Shown piece by piece: positions 23,961 through 36,984 of a stretch of DNA of 64,000 nucleotides (positions are counted from its first letter, which is position 1; every line of letters starts with the position of its first letter). The notes beneath the pieces are model-generated. The model saw only the letters and a list, made by a program, of their open reading frames with translations, made no database searches and was not told the origin of the DNA. The DNA comes from Eledone cirrhosa. Lineage: Eukaryota. The translations under genes and the position numbers were made by a program. The stretch is from contig OZ024752.1 in assembly GCA_964016885.1 (NCBI GenBank), forward strand, positions 6,882,001 through 6,946,000. Reading direction: 5' to 3'.

Positions 23961-24203
23961 TGAGAGAGAGAGAGAGAGAGAGAGAGACGGGGAGGGAGGG
24001 GGAGGAAGAGAGAGATGGGGGAGAAGAGGGGAGGGGGAGAGAGAGAGAGGGGGAGAGGGGAGGAGAGAGGGAGAAAGATAGGGAGAAAGAGAAAGAAAAA
24101 GAGAGAGACAGAGAGAGAGACAGAGAGAGGGGGAGAAAGAGAGAGACAGAGAGAAAGAAAGAGAGACAGACAGACAGCGAGAGACAGACAGATAGAGAGA
24201 GAG
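23961..24203. repeat. Polypurine (GA)n-rich tract
   Basis: Direct inspection. Confidence 0.9.
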
Positions 24204-24931
24204 AGTATAAAGAGTTAATTAGAGGAAGAAGAGAGAGTATATGTCTTTAAGTCTTCATGTCCTGTACCACATGAAACCACATTAGTAAGATAGTCTGGAA
24301 TAGTACAGCACCATGGCTGCATTACATTAAAAATTAAAGTCTTTACTATGGTGGAAATGTTCACAAAAATCTCTTAAAATTGTAAAGATACTATAAACCT
24401 TTGAATAAAGAAATCCCATGAAGTCCCATTAGTAAGATATTCTTGTGAAGTACAGAGTATCTCTCTCTCTGTCTCAGACTCTGCTAAATCATTAAAAGGA
24501 CATAAAAAAGGTAAAAATTTGAGATAACAAGCTTTACCCTATATTTTTCTTATGTATTTTTACATCATCATAAATTAATGTCTATTTTTCCATGTTTGCA
24601 TGGCTTAGACAGGTTGTGACGTTATGAAACATGTCAGGCCTGGAGACCACATCCTTCTCATACAGATCTGTATTTTGTCCTGGTTTCTACAGCTGGATAC
24701 CCTTCTTATGTCTGTTGGGATGGGTTGTACAGGTTGTCAACATCTGAGACCATATTTTGCCTGGTTCCTATGGTTGGCTGGGTCTTCTTAACGTCAACCA
24801 CTTTAAAGTGTGTGTGTGTGTGTGTGTGTGTGCGTGTGTGTCTCATCATATTACATTTCTCTGCTTGCGTGGGTTGGCCAGATCATTTTCAGCACAACAT
24901 CCTGCCATTTGTATTGTTTCTTCATCATCTC

Positions 24932-24971
<40 letters not shown>

Positions 24972-24974
24972 ATA

Positions 24975-25005
<31 letters not shown>

Positions 25006-25289
25006 GTGTTTTTTTTTTGTGTATGTTTACATACCTATATACATCAACATAACATACACATGTACTTGCATACATACATACACACACACACATACATACA
25101 CACACACACATATATAATTCACAATTATATTAAAGTTTAGAGAAGAAACCAAATATAATTTATTCCATAAACCAAGGGGCTATATACTAACGGGAAAATA
25201 ACATTTGTCAATTAAGCTTTAAATTTCCATTTTAATTCAAAATCCAAACTTTGAAAGGTAACGGATATTGAACCATGGGGAGAATGACC

Positions 25290-25853
25290 CTGAGTGACTC
25301 ATGTATAAGACCCACACACTAATACACATAACCATTGGGTGAGTGACTCATGTATAAAGCCCACACACTAATACACAGAACCATGTGGGTGAGTGAGCCA
25401 TGTATAAAGCCCACACACTAATACACAGAACCATGGGGTGAGTGACTCATGTATAAGACCCACACACTAATACACAGAACCATGGGGTGAGTGAGCCATG
25501 TATAAAGCCCACACACTAATACACAGAACCATGGGGTGAGTGACTCATGTATAAAGCCCACACACTAATACACAGAACCATGGGGTGAGTGAGCCATGTA
25601 TAAAGCCCACACACTAATACACAGAACCCTGGGGTGAGTGACTCATGTATAAGACCCACACACTAATACACAGAACCATGGGGTGAGTGACTCATGTATA
25701 AAGCCCACACACTAATACACAGAACCATGGGGTGAGTGACTCATGTATAAGACCCACACACTAATACACAGAACCATGGGTGAGTGAGCTATGTATAAAG
25801 CCCACACACTAATACACAGAACCATGGGGTGAGTGACTCATGTATAAGGCCCA
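25290..25853. repeat. 49-bp minisatellite, ~12 copies
   Basis: Unit ggggtgagtgactcatgtataaagcccacacactaatacacagaaccat. Confidence 0.95.
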
Positions 25854-25904
25854 TTAATTCACAGCTTTTATACAATTAACTTTTCATATGATGGAATAAT
25901 TTTC

Positions 25905-25999
25905 AGTGTTTTAACAGTGTTTTAACAGTGTTTCAACAGTGTTTAAACAGTGTTTCAACAGTGTTTAAACAGTGTTTAAACAGTGTTTAAACAGTGTTT
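25905..25999. repeat. 11-bp tandem repeat, ~8 copies
   Basis: Unit aacagtgttt(t/c/a). Confidence 0.9.
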
Positions 26000-27202
26000 T
26001 TCATGATGGAATCATTGTATAGCAATTATGTTTTTCAAATGTTCTACAATGAGCTTAACACTTGAATGTCATATTATGTTGTTTTATTCTTTTAATCACT
26101 TAAATTATGTAAAGATTGGTTGGCTTTCAAAAATTGGGAAATTTCAAAATATATTTGCTACAATGCAGTTAAATATAATAATAGTTGAATAAATTAGGTA
26201 AAGTAACCCTAGAAACAGAGAAAAGTATCTCCAGAGACTTGAACCATGTATCTCTCATATGTCAGGTAAACACATTTAGATACTGTCAGGCATTTGAATT
26301 ATATTTGACCATGATAAATGAAGCCAGCACACAGCCATGGTAAAATACACCCAGTACACTCTGTAAAATGGTTGGAACTCAAATTTAGACAAGATAGAGT
26401 TGAGAAGAATCTTCAGACTTGTTAAGTAATTGACAATCTCTTTAGTGCTAGAGCTCTGATAAAATGCACCCAGTACACTCTGTAAAGTGGCTGGCACTCA
26501 GAGACAGTGTCAGATTGAGAGAATTCTCTAATTTTGTCCAAGATATGAGAACCTCTCTAGTGTTGTCAAGGATATAATAAAATGCACCCAGTACACTCTG
26601 TAAAGTGGTTGTTGTTTGAATGAGTATCCAGCTAGAGAAATTCTATAAAGAACTGGAATGTATGAATAAAATGTTGTCCTTTGACCCATCAAGGTACAAA
26701 CATGGGTTGTAACAAACCATCGAACACAGAGAATATAAAACAACTTTGAATATGAATATGATAATGATGATGATGATAATTTGAAACAAAAACGTTAAGT
26801 TTAAGTTGAGATATTCCACCAGAACGGCAAAGTGTTAATTTTATGTCCTGGACCATTATGATATCTTATTTGGAACAGAAGCTATATGAAGAAAATGTCA
26901 AAATTTTACTACTTCCCCAATTAAATGTCATTTAAAGCTATTCACCAGGTCTAAAGTGCAGAAGTCAAAATGTGTCTAAGTTAACCTTTAAGAATCTACT
27001 ACAACATTACCAGAAACATCTTATAGAAATATTTTGAAAACATTCTCTTAAATATCTGAACTATAAGATAAACATCTAAAGATCTATTGTGTTAAGTTCA
27101 GGTTAGATCTCAGACGAGTTTATTAAATCAACTGACTCTCACTTTTAATTCTATCTCATTAAATGGCGGCCTTATACTAATTAATCAATAAAACAAAAGG
27201 AA

Positions 27203-27482
27203 AGGAGCTGATTATTAGATCAGACTAACAAAGTAGTACTTCCATTGGTCTTTCTATTGCTGATACTATCTGTCGGTCATAACTCTTGGCAGTTGAAAGG
27301 AGCTGATCATCAGTTCAGACTAAGGAAACAATGTTTCCATTGGTCTTTCCATTGCTGATACTGTCTGTTGGTCACAACTCCTGGCAGTTGAAGCGAGCTG
27401 ATCTTTTGATCAGATCAAGGAGACAATGTTTCCATTGGTCTTTCCATTGCTGATACTATCTGTTGGTTACAACTCCTGGCAG
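27203..27482. repeat. Three diverged 95-bp units; a related reverse-complement copy lies at ~12120-12215
   Basis: gagctgat recurs at ~27205, 27300 and 27395, each followed by ttccattggtcttt..attgctgatact. Confidence 0.8.
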
Positions 27483-27803
27483 AAGGAAGCAAGATTTGAA
27501 CTCAGAATGTACAGAGTCAGATCAGATGCCACAAAGCATTCTATCTCACTCTAAGAATTGCAACAATCCTTATCTGTGGACTGGTACTTTCACTTAACAC
27601 TGACTGAAAACAATGAGAGTTCCAGCTGTTCAGTCAATAATACAGCTGGCTCGTGAATTTAAAATGTAAGTAGCTGCACATTCCACAAATACGTGTACCT
27701 TTAATATAGTTCTCAGGGAGATTCAGAATGGCACTGTATGTGACAAAGATGGCTGGACCTTCAAATTACAGGTACAGTCCATATGATGGGCTTCCAAACA
27801 ATT

Positions 27804-28794
27804 TGTCAGCCTAGTTTTACAGACAAGGTATGGGTCAAGCAGAGATTCTGTCAACCCAGTTTTACATACGAGTATGGGTTAACGTGAGGTTCTGTCAACC
27901 CAGTTTTACAGACAAGGTATGGGTGAAACTGAGGTTCTGTTAGCCCAGTTTTTCAGACAAGGTATGGGTCAAACTGAGGTTCTGTCAGCCCAGATTTACA
28001 GACAAAGTATGGGTCAAACTGAGATTCTGTTAACCCAGTTTTACAGACAAGATATGGGTCAAACTGAGGTTCTGTCAGCCCAGTTTTACAGACAAGGTAT
28101 GGGACAACCAGAGGTTCTGTTAGCCCAGTTTTACAGACAAGGTATGGGTCAAACTGAGGTTCTGTTAGCCCAGTTTTTCAGACAAGGTATAGGTCAAACT
28201 GAGGTTCTGTTAGCCCAGTTTTACAGACAAGGTATGGGTCAAACTGAGGTTCTGTTAGCCCAGTTTTGCAGACAAGGTATGGGTCAAACTGAGGTTCTGT
28301 CAACCCAGTTTTACAGACAAGGTATAGGTCAAACTGAGGCTGTTAGCTCAGCCTTGCAGACAAGGTATGGGTTAACCAGAGGTTCTGTCAGCCCAGATTT
28401 ACAGACAAAGTATGGGTCAAACTGAGATTCTGTTAACCCAGTTTTACAGACAAGATATGGTACAAACTGAGGTTCTGTCAGCCCAGTTTTACAGACAAGG
28501 TATGGGACAACCAGAGGTTCTGTTAGCCCAGTTTTACAGACAAGGTATGGGTCAAACTGAGGTTCTGTTAGCCCAGTTTTACAGACAAGGTATAGGTCAA
28601 ACTGAGGTTCTGTTAGCCCAGTTTTACAGACAAGGTATGGGTCAAACTGAGGTTCTGTTAGCCCAGTTTTACAGACAAGGTATAGGTCAAACTGAGGTTC
28701 TGTTAGCCCAGTTTTACAGACAAGGTATGGGTCAAACTGAGGTTCTGTTAGCCCAGTTTTGCAGACAAGGTATGGCTCAACCAGAGGTTCTGTT
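27804..28794. repeat. 45-bp minisatellite, ~22 copies
   Basis: Unit cagttttacagacaaggtatgggtcaaactgaggttctgttagcc. Confidence 0.95.
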
Positions 28795-29604
28795 GATTGA
28801 ACAGCTGGAAGAGTCATCTTCTAAACCAATAGATGTCCATTTACCTTTCTATATAACTGAATACCTTGCCTCATACCTGAATATTAATTTTTATCTTTTA
28901 TTACAACCAAAGTTCTAGTTTGAATAATCTCACAAATAACAAAAGAAGAATCTAATGTGCCACCACCAAGACAGAAACACCATACTCTTCATCATTGGAA
29001 TCACAGAACATTTCTATAATTACCCTATTCAACATAAAATTAATCATAGTAACAAGCTGATCTCTCTAACTATTGACATTTTCTTTCCTTTGTCAATAGT
29101 AGAAACTTTGAAACAGCAAAAAATACCAATTCACAGCAAACTCCACATTGCATTCTTTTATTATTATTTTTTTTTTTTTTTTAGTTCTTCCTGTGTAATT
29201 TTAACATATTTCCTCTCTTTCGAAATTATTTCAAAGGATTTCCTTTAATTTTCAATATCAAAACAATTAAAGTGATTCTGAATGCTCATTAAAAACACAA
29301 AGACAGCATATCTCCCCTACTCCCCACACCAAAAACAAACAACAGTTACAAGACATTAAAAGAGAACGGAATTTTTCCGTTTTACATTTGCAGTCAAAGG
29401 AAATGAAGTGATTAGTAAGGTTTTATAGCAATACGATTCTCCTAAAATGTTATTAGAGCAGCCATTTAGGAGGAAGCATATTTTAGAGATACAACAGACA
29501 TTACTTGGGGAAGGTTTAAGATAATTCTCATCTTGAAAATTTCAAATTCTTTGGAGATACAATTTGCAGGGAAACTGCTTTATATGTTAAATTGAAAATA
29601 TCTA

Positions 29605-29940
29605 TTCTCGCGTCTCAAATAATCGCTCTCACCTCCCTGCTTATTAAATTTTCAGATTTTTTCCAACCCCTCTACCCCCCCCCCCCCCTCTCATTACATT
29701 TTGCTAATCTTTCCCCAGTGAAATTTTATTTTAGTGATAGTATTCCTGCAACAATTTTCTACATTAAAAAACATACATGACAAAATATGTTCATTACCAG
29801 AAATCCCATATGTTATAAAATAAATAGGATGGGTTGGGATCTCAATATGTAAACTAAACAACTAATTCTGGTTTTTAAAAAACAATGAAAACCACCTGGA
29901 CAAATTATCACCCCCCACCCCATTATTTTGGACCCGAGAG
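29605..29940. mobile_element. TA-flanked MITE (Tc1/mariner-type)
   Basis: Left ta-ttctcgcgtctcaaataat, right attattttggacccgagag-ta. Confidence 0.6.
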
Positions 29941-30149
29941 TACACTTCATGACAAAAGTACATACTACCCCTTCTATGAACACTCAATACAAACTGTAAA
30001 GTGGTAGGTTTTAGGAGTCACAGAAAACCTGTCAAACAAATAGTTAAAAGGACTCTTCAGTTGTGTCAAAGAAAGCTTTGAAATATAAGTTTGAAAAGAG
30101 AAGCAAAGGAGAAGAGTTCCAGCTAGATTCTCTCAACAAAATCTCCATA

Positions 30150-30522
30150 AGGTTTGAACAGAAAGAGGTGAGAATTCTGGCCAGTTACAGCCGGTTTGAA
30201 CTGAAAGAGGTGAAAGAAATCTGGCCAGATATGGGCGGTTTGAACAGAAAGAGATGAGAAAATTCTGACCAGTTACAGCCGGCTTGAACTGAAAGAGGTG
30301 AGGGAATTCTGACCATTTACAGCCGGTTTGAACTGAAAGAGGTGAGGGAATTCTGACCATTTACAGCCGGTTTGAACTGAAAGAGGTGAGGGAATTCTGA
30401 CCAGTTACAGCCGATTTGAACTGAAAGAGGTGAAAGAAATCTGGCTGGATATGGCCGGTTTGAACAGAAAGAAGTGAGAGAATTCTGACCAGATACGGTC
30501 GGTTTAAATGCTAAAGGGTTAA
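30150..30522 (+). repeat. 44-bp repeat (~8 copies) grown from the right end of the piggyBac-type MITE
   Basis: Unit ccggtttgaactgaaagaggtgagggaattctgaccagttacag, ending in the TIR taaatgctaaaggg-TTAA. Confidence 0.85.
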
Positions 30523-31493
30523 AGTTACAACTAGACAGCCAATGTTCCATCTAACACTACACTTCACATTAAACCATCACACAGACAACATTTGGTTTTT
30601 TTTTTAAATTTACTTTATGTTCCATTTTGCTGTATTTTGGGATGTGTTGTTTAGCCAAAAGACAAAATTTGTTTTGAATATGTATTAACCCTTTTATCAT
30701 GTCACCAGACTTTGCCCTTCATTCATCAAGGATTGATCAAATAAAGTACCAGTGATGAACTGGGTTGATTATATCAATCATTCCCCTTCTTCAATATAAG
30801 AGTCCCTCGGCCTATCTTAGAAATCAATTATGCTGCAACTCATTACTCTTGTAAATTACATTCTAATTTCATTAGAATATTTTTATTAAAAAAACCAACA
30901 TCAACAGCGGCAAAAAGTTATCCCTACTGTTGCCACCCCCATCACCATTACCACCACCACTGCTACCACCATCACCATTATTACTATTACCATCACCACT
31001 ACCACCATCATTATCACCACTAGCACCAGTGATGGTGGTGGTGGTGATGAAGATTGTTGCAATATTTCTAATGAAATACACTGCCTATCACTTTCAAATA
31101 ATTTTGAAAAATAATCAAGAATTTTCTAAAGTACTGGGACTGATTCTTCCTCTATATCTCTCTCCCTCTCCCTCACTTCCTCTCCCTCACTTCCTCTCCC
31201 TCACTTCCTCTCTCACTTCCTCTCTTTCACTCTCCTTCTCTGGAAGAAATCTGCTGTACCCAGGCCTGGTGCAGAGACAGGTTCTGCCAGTTTTTAAAAA
31301 ATGCTCTAAGAAACGGTGTATGTCAATGTGCCACCCTTATGACCCCCCTCAAGAGTTACAGTCAATGTGCCACCCTTATGACCCCCTCAGGAGTTACGGT
31401 TCCATACCATACCATGATTTATAGTGATCAAATATTATTGTCATTCATGCTGGGGTGAATAGTTTTATATTATAGAACCAGGGGTCGTTTCAA

Positions 31494-31957
31494 GTGGAGA
31501 CATCTGGTGTCCTTGGCCGTAGGGCGGTTGTGCCCCTAGCAGTGGGGACATCTGGTGTCCTTGGCCGTAGGGCGGTTGTGCCCCTAGCAGTGGAGACATC
31601 TGATGTCCTTGGCCGTAGGGCGGTTGTGCCCCTAGCAGTGGAGACATCTGGTGTCCTTGGCCGTAGGGCGGTTGTGCCCCTAGCAGTGGGGACATCTGGT
31701 GTCCTTGGCCGTAGGGCGGTTGTGCCCCTAGCAGTGGGGACATCTGGTGTCCTTGGCCGTAGGGCGGTTGTGCCCCTAGCAGTGGAGACATCTGGTGTCC
31801 TTGGCCGTAGGGCGGTTGTGCCCCTAGCAGTGGAGACATCTGGTGTCCTTGGCCATAGGGCGGTTGTGCCCCTAGCAGTGGAGACATCTGGTGTCCTTGG
31901 CCATAGGGCGGTTGTGCCCCTAGCAGTGGAAACATCTGGTGTCCTTGGCCATAGGGC
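31494..31957. repeat. GC-rich 48-bp minisatellite, ~10 copies
   Basis: Unit gtggagacatctggtgtccttggccgtagggcggttgtgcccctagca. Confidence 0.95.
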
Positions 31958-32947
31958 TACCTCCCAACTCACCACCAAAGGCACTGAGTTGGCAAAGCTG
32001 CATGAGCCTCGCAAGATGGAATGACTTTTCTATCGCATCTCCCTCACCATCCTCCAGGGAAACGCCTTCTCTATTCTGTCCGCCGGGGCCATGGGGTGAC
32101 CAGCACGTGGGACCCCATTTACTTATAATACAAAGAGATGGGGGAGGGTGAGAGATGGAGACAATGACAGTAGGAGTTTGGCTCCTCTGTGTTTGGGACT
32201 GGTGTATATGTGTGAGGAGGAGGGCGAGAGAGATGGAGGCGATAACAGTGGGAGTTTGGCTCCTCCGTGTTCAGACCTGGTGTACATGAGAGAGATGGGG
32301 AGGGCGAGAGAGATGGAGGCGATGACAGTGGGAGTTTGGCTCCTCTGTGTTCGGACCTGGTGTATGTGTGTGTGTGTGTGTTTACTTCTATTCATTAACA
32401 AATTAAGACTCACATTCATTTATTTATTCTTCTGTTGGAATTATGAAGAGAACAGAACAAACAAGAAACTTGAAGTAGAAATATGAGAAACAGAAGATAT
32501 TTTAATAAACTTTAGTTTTAAAAAAGATCTAAGACATCTTCAGATACTTTTCCCTCCTCATCAAATAAATTAACTCGTTTGTAATCAAAACTGTAATTAA
32601 ATATTTCATATTTCATTTAATTCATGAAAGATTTGAAGGGATTTATTATTCCATTATTAAAATATTATCGTAACACAACCCGACAAAAGGTTCTTATATA
32701 AAATTGTGCTGGAAGATATTAATTTAAATAGGAACTCTTTAAAATTGGTGCTTTTGTTTCATAGAAACAGAAGAATTTGGGCTGGCTAGGTATCAAAAGG
32801 ATTACCAAAAAAGTCTTTAAATGTTATGCTACCAAAAATGTAACTCACCTGAGCTTTCATATTACACAGATGATGAAAAGAGATGAAAGATTGTTGTTTT
32901 AGCCCCGGTAATGATTTAGCAGAAAATGTCTAAAAGCAGGTTTGTTA

Positions 32948-33115
32948 CCGTATTTCCCAGCATCAAAGATGCTACTTTTTCCATAAAATAAGTCTCAAAA
33001 ATCTACCATGCGTCCTGGAGGCCAAAGGTTGTTTATTTTTTTTTTTTCAAATTTTGGTTGTGAAAATTAGGGTGTGTCCTCGAGGACAAAGTGTGTTCAG
33101 CGCCAGGAAATACGG
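32948..33115. mobile_element. Tc1/mariner-type MITE, TA TSD
   Basis: ta-ccgtatttcccagc ... gcgccaggaaatacgg-ta. Confidence 0.85.
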
Positions 33116-33244
33116 TAATTCAAATGTTTATATATTTACTAGTGGAGAAATTGTTGTGAAAATCTGCAGTATTAAAATGAAGACTTCAGTTTTTAGAGGA
33201 TGCAGTCATAATGCTGTTTTGTACTTTTGAAGAATGTCTTGCTA

Positions 33245-33460
33245 ATGTGGTTTCATGTAGTAAAGTTACTGTGGTTTCATGTAGTAAAGTTACTGTGGCT
33301 TCATGTAGTAAAGTTAATGTGGTTTCATGTAGTAAAGTTACTGTGGTTTCATGTAGTAAAGTTACTGTGGTTTCATGTAGTAAAGTTACTGTGGCTTCAT
33401 GTAGTAAAGTTACTGTGGTTTCATGTAGTAAAGTTAATGTAGTTTCATGTAGTAAAGTTA
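33245..33460. repeat. 24-bp minisatellite, ~9 copies
   Basis: Unit ctgtggtttcatgtagtaaagtta. Confidence 0.93.
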
Positions 33461-33857
33461 AGAGTTAAAGAATTAATGAAGGGACACTTACAAATGAAAC
33501 GTGGATACTTATCTCCAGGAGGTTGGCATCAACAGTAATGGAATCAGTTAAATAAATTGTCGAAGACAGAGAAAACAACCAGTATATATTATTAGAAAGA
33601 AACAATATTTGAGTGTTGCTAGAAAGTGTTAATTAAGCGATTAACAGTAAATGTCTAATCAGGTAATAGCTGATAGCAATGTCATTTTAGCTAAACTACA
33701 AAGATACCAAAACTAATTTCACAGCTAATGACAAGAATTACATTGTACAAGGAGACACAGAGAAATAGATACTCTACTGCGTAAATTGTAGAACAGAAAT
33801 CTAATACCAAATAATTACAATATAGAATTATCATCAAATCATTATTATTATTATTAT

Positions 33858-34034
33858 TGGCAGTGACAGTGTAGGGTCGGACGCCATGCTTTGCAGCATA
33901 GAGTTACGGCCCTTTATGATCTGCGTTCAAATACCGCAGAAGTTAACTTTGCCTTTCACCCTTACGGGGTCGATAAAACAAAGTACCAGTAATGCACTGG
34001 GATAATTGCTGGCCTTGTGCCTAAAGTAGAAACA

Positions 34035-34066
<32 letters not shown>

Positions 34067-34245
34067 GGGTGGTAGATTGGGTGGTAGATTGGCAAAATCG
34101 GTAGAGCGTCGGACACTATGCTTTGCGGCATAGAGCTATGGTCTTTTACGTTCTGAGTTCAAATCTCACTAAGGCTAGCTTTGCCTTTCATCTTTTCAAG
34201 GTCGATTAAAATAAAGTACCAGTAATACACTGGGGTCGATCCAAT
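33858..34245 (+). mobile_element. Two tandem tRNA-derived SINEs separated by (ATT)n
   Basis: Family consensus appears twice. Confidence 0.85.
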
Positions 34246-34334
34246 CAAGAGAAAGAGAGAGATGAGATGATCCAAGTACTGGACTGGTACTTTATCTTAA
34301 AAAGATGGAAGGTAAAGTTGGCCTTGGCAACATT

Positions 34335-35083
34335 TTCAACAACAACCATTACCTTATACACTTTCAGGGCCCAGTTATTATTCAACAACAACAACCATTA
34401 CCCTATACACTTTCAGGGCCCAGTTATTATTCAACAACAACAACCATTACCTTATACACTTTCAAGGCCCAGTTATTATTCAACAACAACAACCATTACC
34501 TTATACACTTTCAGGGCCCAGTTATTATTCAACAACAACAACCATTACCTTATACATTTTCAGGGCCCAGTTATTATTCAACAACAACAACCATTACCTT
34601 ATACACTTTCAGGGCCCAGTTATTATTCAACAACAACAACCATTACCTTATACACTTTCAAGGCCCAGTTATTATTCAACAACAACAACCATTACCTTAT
34701 ACACTTTCAAGGCCCAGTTATTATTCAACAACAACAACCATTACCTCATACACTTTCAAGGCCCAGTTATTATTCAACAACAACAACCATTACCTTATAC
34801 ACTTTCAAGGCCCAGTTATTATTCAACAACAACAACCATTACCTTATACACTTTCAGGGCCCAGTTATTATTCAACAACAACAACCATTACCTTATACAC
34901 TTTCAGGGCCCAGTTATTATTCAACAACAACAACCATTACCTTATACACTTTCAGGGCCCAGTTATTATTCAACAACAACAACCATTACCTTATACATTT
35001 TCAGGGCCCAGTTATTATTCAACAACAACAACCATTACCCTATACACTTTCAGGGCCCAGTTATTATTCAACAACAACAACCA
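34335..35083. repeat. 49-bp minisatellite, ~15 copies
   Basis: Unit ttcaacaacaacaaccattaccttatacactttcagggcccagttatta. Confidence 0.95.
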
Positions 35084-35861
35084 CTGCCTTTTTCAAAGAA
35101 ACACACAAAGATAAGGTAATTATATTCTTCCACTCTACTTTCAAATTCATTAACGTCACCTGTGCAACTAATTAGGGTTGAGGTGTTTAACGAGATATTG
35201 AAACGTCTACAGAAGTGAAACTAAAACAGTTTTTTTAAATAATAAAACTTCAGATGAATCCAAGAATTTTGATGAAGACAATGAAAGATGTAGGTGAAAG
35301 GTAGAGGTAATGACAGGTAGAGGTGATGACAGGTAGATGTGATGAAAGGTAGAGGTAGATGAGATGGAAGCTGATTTTAAGGGTCTAAATATCACATATG
35401 AAATGAAAAATAAAAGAGACATATGGAGGGATGCTGTACTATAGGGGACACATCTGACACAGTCTCCTGTAAGTTGTGCATTGATATAAAAGTGAACATT
35501 TTGCAGAGGTTACATAACAGTACTTGCCTTAACACGAGAGCTGATTTCTTTAATCACTGCTCCCATGCTGTGAAGTTTCTGTTATGTAACTGGAAGGAGA
35601 CAGGATAACTGGAAGTTTAACCCGGACTGAACAAATAATTGTTCTAACAAAAGTTGTCCACCCTGCAACAGTCTAATTTGAGTTGTCTCCCTCATCGTCA
35701 AACTACCAACATCTGTTGCACAGAATCCAGCCAGCTCATATATACATCCATTCTCACTGCAGCCATATACATGTTGAAAAATCCATCTGGCGAAATACGT
35801 GTCCTTGAATACAGTTTGCTAATTTGTTGTGGAACTCTCTCTCTCTCTCTCTCTCTCTCTC

Positions 35862-36008
35862 CAGAGGTGGTGAGAGCGGACCTCAGATCGCTGAAGCTCA
35901 CAGAGGAGATGATGAAGGACCGTGAAAAGTGGAGAGATGCTGTGCTGAATAGGACCTGTCCCACCCTTGCAAGCAGGGAAAAGTGGACGTAAAATAATGA
36001 TGATGATA
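35862..36008 (+). mobile_element. RTE 3' end remnant (related family)
   Basis: EVVRADLRSLKLTEEMMKDREKWRDAV followed by tggacgtaaaa-(gat)n tail. Confidence 0.75.
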
Positions 36009-36126
36009 TATATATACTCACACACACATATATATATATATATTTATACACACACATACACAAATACTTCTTTTATAGATCTCTCTTTGTCATACCACTA
36101 AGTTAGGGACATAAACTGACAAACGT

Positions 36127-36161
<35 letters not shown>

Positions 36162-36984
36162 TATCATCATCATCATCGTTTAACGTCCATCTTCTACGCT
36201 AGCATGGGTCTGATATATATATATATATATACACACACACATATATGTTGAACCTCTGCAGTTTCTGTCCACCAAGTTTCACTCACAAGGCATTGGTCAA
36301 CTTGAGACTATAGTAGAAGATAGTTGACCAAGGTGCCATGCAGCTGAAATGAAATCAAAAGCCTGTAGTTGTGAAGCAAACTCCTGAACCACACAGCCAT
36401 GACTGCACCTGTAACTAAACTTGATCAATAAAGCTTTATTTGTTAATAACTTGTTCCTCGCTTATATCAAGAATTCAAATGAGTGTGTGCGTACACGCGC
36501 GTGTGTGTGTGTGTGTGTGAGTGGGTGTATTTGAAATTTACAATGCATTAATGTATCATAAATATATTTATATACAATACATTTTATATAAATAGGTTTA
36601 ATACATATGTATAATACATTTATATACATTCAAATAAATATACAAATACATTTAAATTGAAACAATTTTTACTATTTTGAAATCATTCATTCATGATGTT
36701 TATTTGGTGGGGCAGCTATATTTACAGGTGAATACCCTTCTAATCACTCAACCATAATGTAGGAAATTCACAAATTTGTCAGTATGGGGACAATAATCAA
36801 TCATTAATGGGATGTAAACTCAGAATATACAAAGAATGGATTAGATTTTATCAATATTTCTCACATAACGAAGTCATATTAAAAGGTGGAGATGATTTAC
36901 AAATGGAACAAACAACAGAAAGAAGAGAACAGAAAGACAAAACGAGATGTGTACCTCAAACAACAGGGATTGTGAGGTAAACCA

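Noticed and set aside
32843-32930. Perfect minus-strand donor CAG|GTGAGT as a possible alternative exon
   Set aside because: The frame needed to join the next exon contains a stop, and about one such match is expected by chance in 42 kb.
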